Source of the DNA: Lama glama
Taxonomy: Eukaryota
Assembly: GCA_028534125.1 (NCBI GenBank)
Contig: CM052817.1
Location: forward strand, 106,518,001-106,582,000
Direction of reading: 5' to 3'
Length of the DNA stretch: 64,000 bases
The notes under the pieces are model-generated. The model was given only the letters and a program-made list of their open reading frames with translations, ran no database searches and was not told where the DNA came from. This document shows positions 62,394 through 64,000 of this stretch, one piece after another; the first letter of the stretch is position 1, and every line of letters starts with the position of its first letter. The position numbers were made by a program, and so were the translations under genes.

Positions 62394-64000
62394 TTCCAAA
62401 ATTAAAAGTGTTTTATAATTATATGAATTTGTGGTTATTACATGTTACACTCACACTTGTATCATAGACCAAAATACTGTACCAGCAAGAACAAGGAAAA
62501 ATCTATTAATGAGGATTAGCTTTGTTTCTTTTCTGAGAACGCATAACAATGTAATTCAATGAAACTGAAAGCTACAAGCTCTTTAGCTAGGCCCCGTGGG
62601 TAGACAACAAGATGGTTGGATTTGTGGCAAAGCACTTGGACATATAAGGATATATTAGAGGCACCAGGACCATGCGAAACAAAATATCCCTGAATATGGA
62701 GGGATACTGCAGCCTGACCAAGTCAAATGACCTCAAGTTTAGAAGAAAACTTTTGTTAGGTCATTGTTTAGATCAGATCATTGTAATTTAGGAAATAATT
62801 TATTCCATTTGATGTTAGTAACATTTCTTATCCACGAACTCTTCATCCTGTGATTCCCAGAGAACATATTCTAACAATGGAAACTAGTGAACAACCCTGA
62901 AGTTAACAGCATCTCTTAGAGATATTAAATGTCTTGTATGCTGTCATTTTCTATTAAAAAAAAATAGAACCATACTTTCTCTTGAGTACTATTACCAATA
63001 ATTAAAAATGAAAGATTTATGAGCTATCATAGGAGTGATTTCAGGTAGATGTGGGGCAGAATTATCTGAGAATTTTTCAATGAACAGTAATCAACACCTT
63101 GTCATCAGAAGCTAGATTCAGGAAATAGTAGTCGATATCCCATTAGACTTCATAAGACCATGTTGATTTTTTTAAGGAAACTAAAACAATTGAAAGTGAA
63201 TTTCAGTAAGTGAATGAATAAAGGGGCTAACCCATAGTAACAGGAACTGAATTAGTCACCACTTCTGTTCTAACAAGAGGAAATTTTGCAAGTCATTTTG
63301 AAGCATATTAACTAATTATTTATTAAACTGTGTACATGGATGTCAGTAACATTGTGTTCAGTTTTCTAAAATAAATTCCTTTTCAAGGGAAACCTATCGT
63401 TGTAAAACATGCTTTTATATCAAATTAACTGTTAAAAAGTATAAAACTAAATAGCTCCTCCTAATAATTTTAGGTAAAAATGAGAGCAATCTAAGAGTAA
63501 TGACTCTTAAATTGTATATTTTTGAACCAGAGACATTATACTTACTAGAATTTAATAATAACTGATTACCATGAAGAACTGTCAGTTCACAAGAGTGGCC
63601 AAGTGCTTCAACTACACTATGTGAAATGAGCACCAAGCTCCAAATGAAGGACTTGGATTTAAGCCAGTTTTGCACACACTGGCTACGTTCCTTTGCACAA
63701 ATCATTCAACCGTGTGAGATCTGATAAAGTTCCCACTACTTCTTAAAAAAAAAAAAATGTACACCTTAAAAGTACTACTTGAAAATCAAAGAAACCTTTT
63801 TGAATTGAAAAGGTTGAAACTTACCTTGATGGGTAAGGCATTCTGTTTCTCGCACTACTCTGTTCAATACACCCCAGGTCAGTAGGGAGGCCATAATTCT
63901 AGCAGCATTATGACTTCTGTTTCAAATTACCTTGGTAGTCATAGTCCTGCTTTATTGGTCCCTGTTTTTGAAAGGGAAAGGGCCCCTTCCCCTTTCAAAA

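Larger units (their letters stand above)
4988..63961 (-). pseudogene. Candidate decayed multi-exon gene or spliced lncRNA (exon chain, unidentified)
   Basis: AG/GT-bounded segments in unique DNA at 63825-63961, 63570-63720, 51281-51333, 50926-50955, 41769-41791, 37081-37125, 22553-22628, 14174-14259, 5351-5449 and 4988-5080. Several are phase-compatible and several contain in-frame stops. No homolog recognised. Confidence 0.3.

Noticed and set aside
1..64000. CRISPR arrays, operons or other prokaryotic systems
   Set aside because: The sequence is mammalian; there are no regularly spaced repeat-spacer units and no long intact ORFs.

Overview
AT-rich, CpG-poor mammalian genomic DNA with two assembly gaps (18340-18439 and 28576-29075). 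It is almost certainly camelid (alpaca or camel), judged from three Vic-1-like tRNA-derived SINEs and cetartiodactyl/camelid-type L1 3' ends. About half of the window is recognisable transposon debris: L1, L2, MIR, MaLR/MLT1 (including one full LTR-internal-LTR element) and ERV1-class LTRs. I found no intact protein-coding gene, functional RNA gene or CRISPR array. ORF-track entries are L1 ORF2 remnants, N-gap artefacts or chance ORFs. Most notable observations: (1) a series of minus-strand candidate exons in the unique sequence, some phase-compatible and others carrying in-frame stops, which may be a decayed multi-exon gene or spliced lncRNA (unconfirmed); (2) locally templated insertions that look like DNA-repair scars: a direct copy inside an MLT1, an inverted copy inside an L1 5'UTR, and an iterated L1-tail capture; (3) a 5'-inverted L1 with a 3' transduction and a perfect 13-bp TSD; (4) three solo LTRs of one ERV1 family. 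Repeat subfamily names come from my memory of the consensus sequences, and boundaries are approximate unless a TSD is given.
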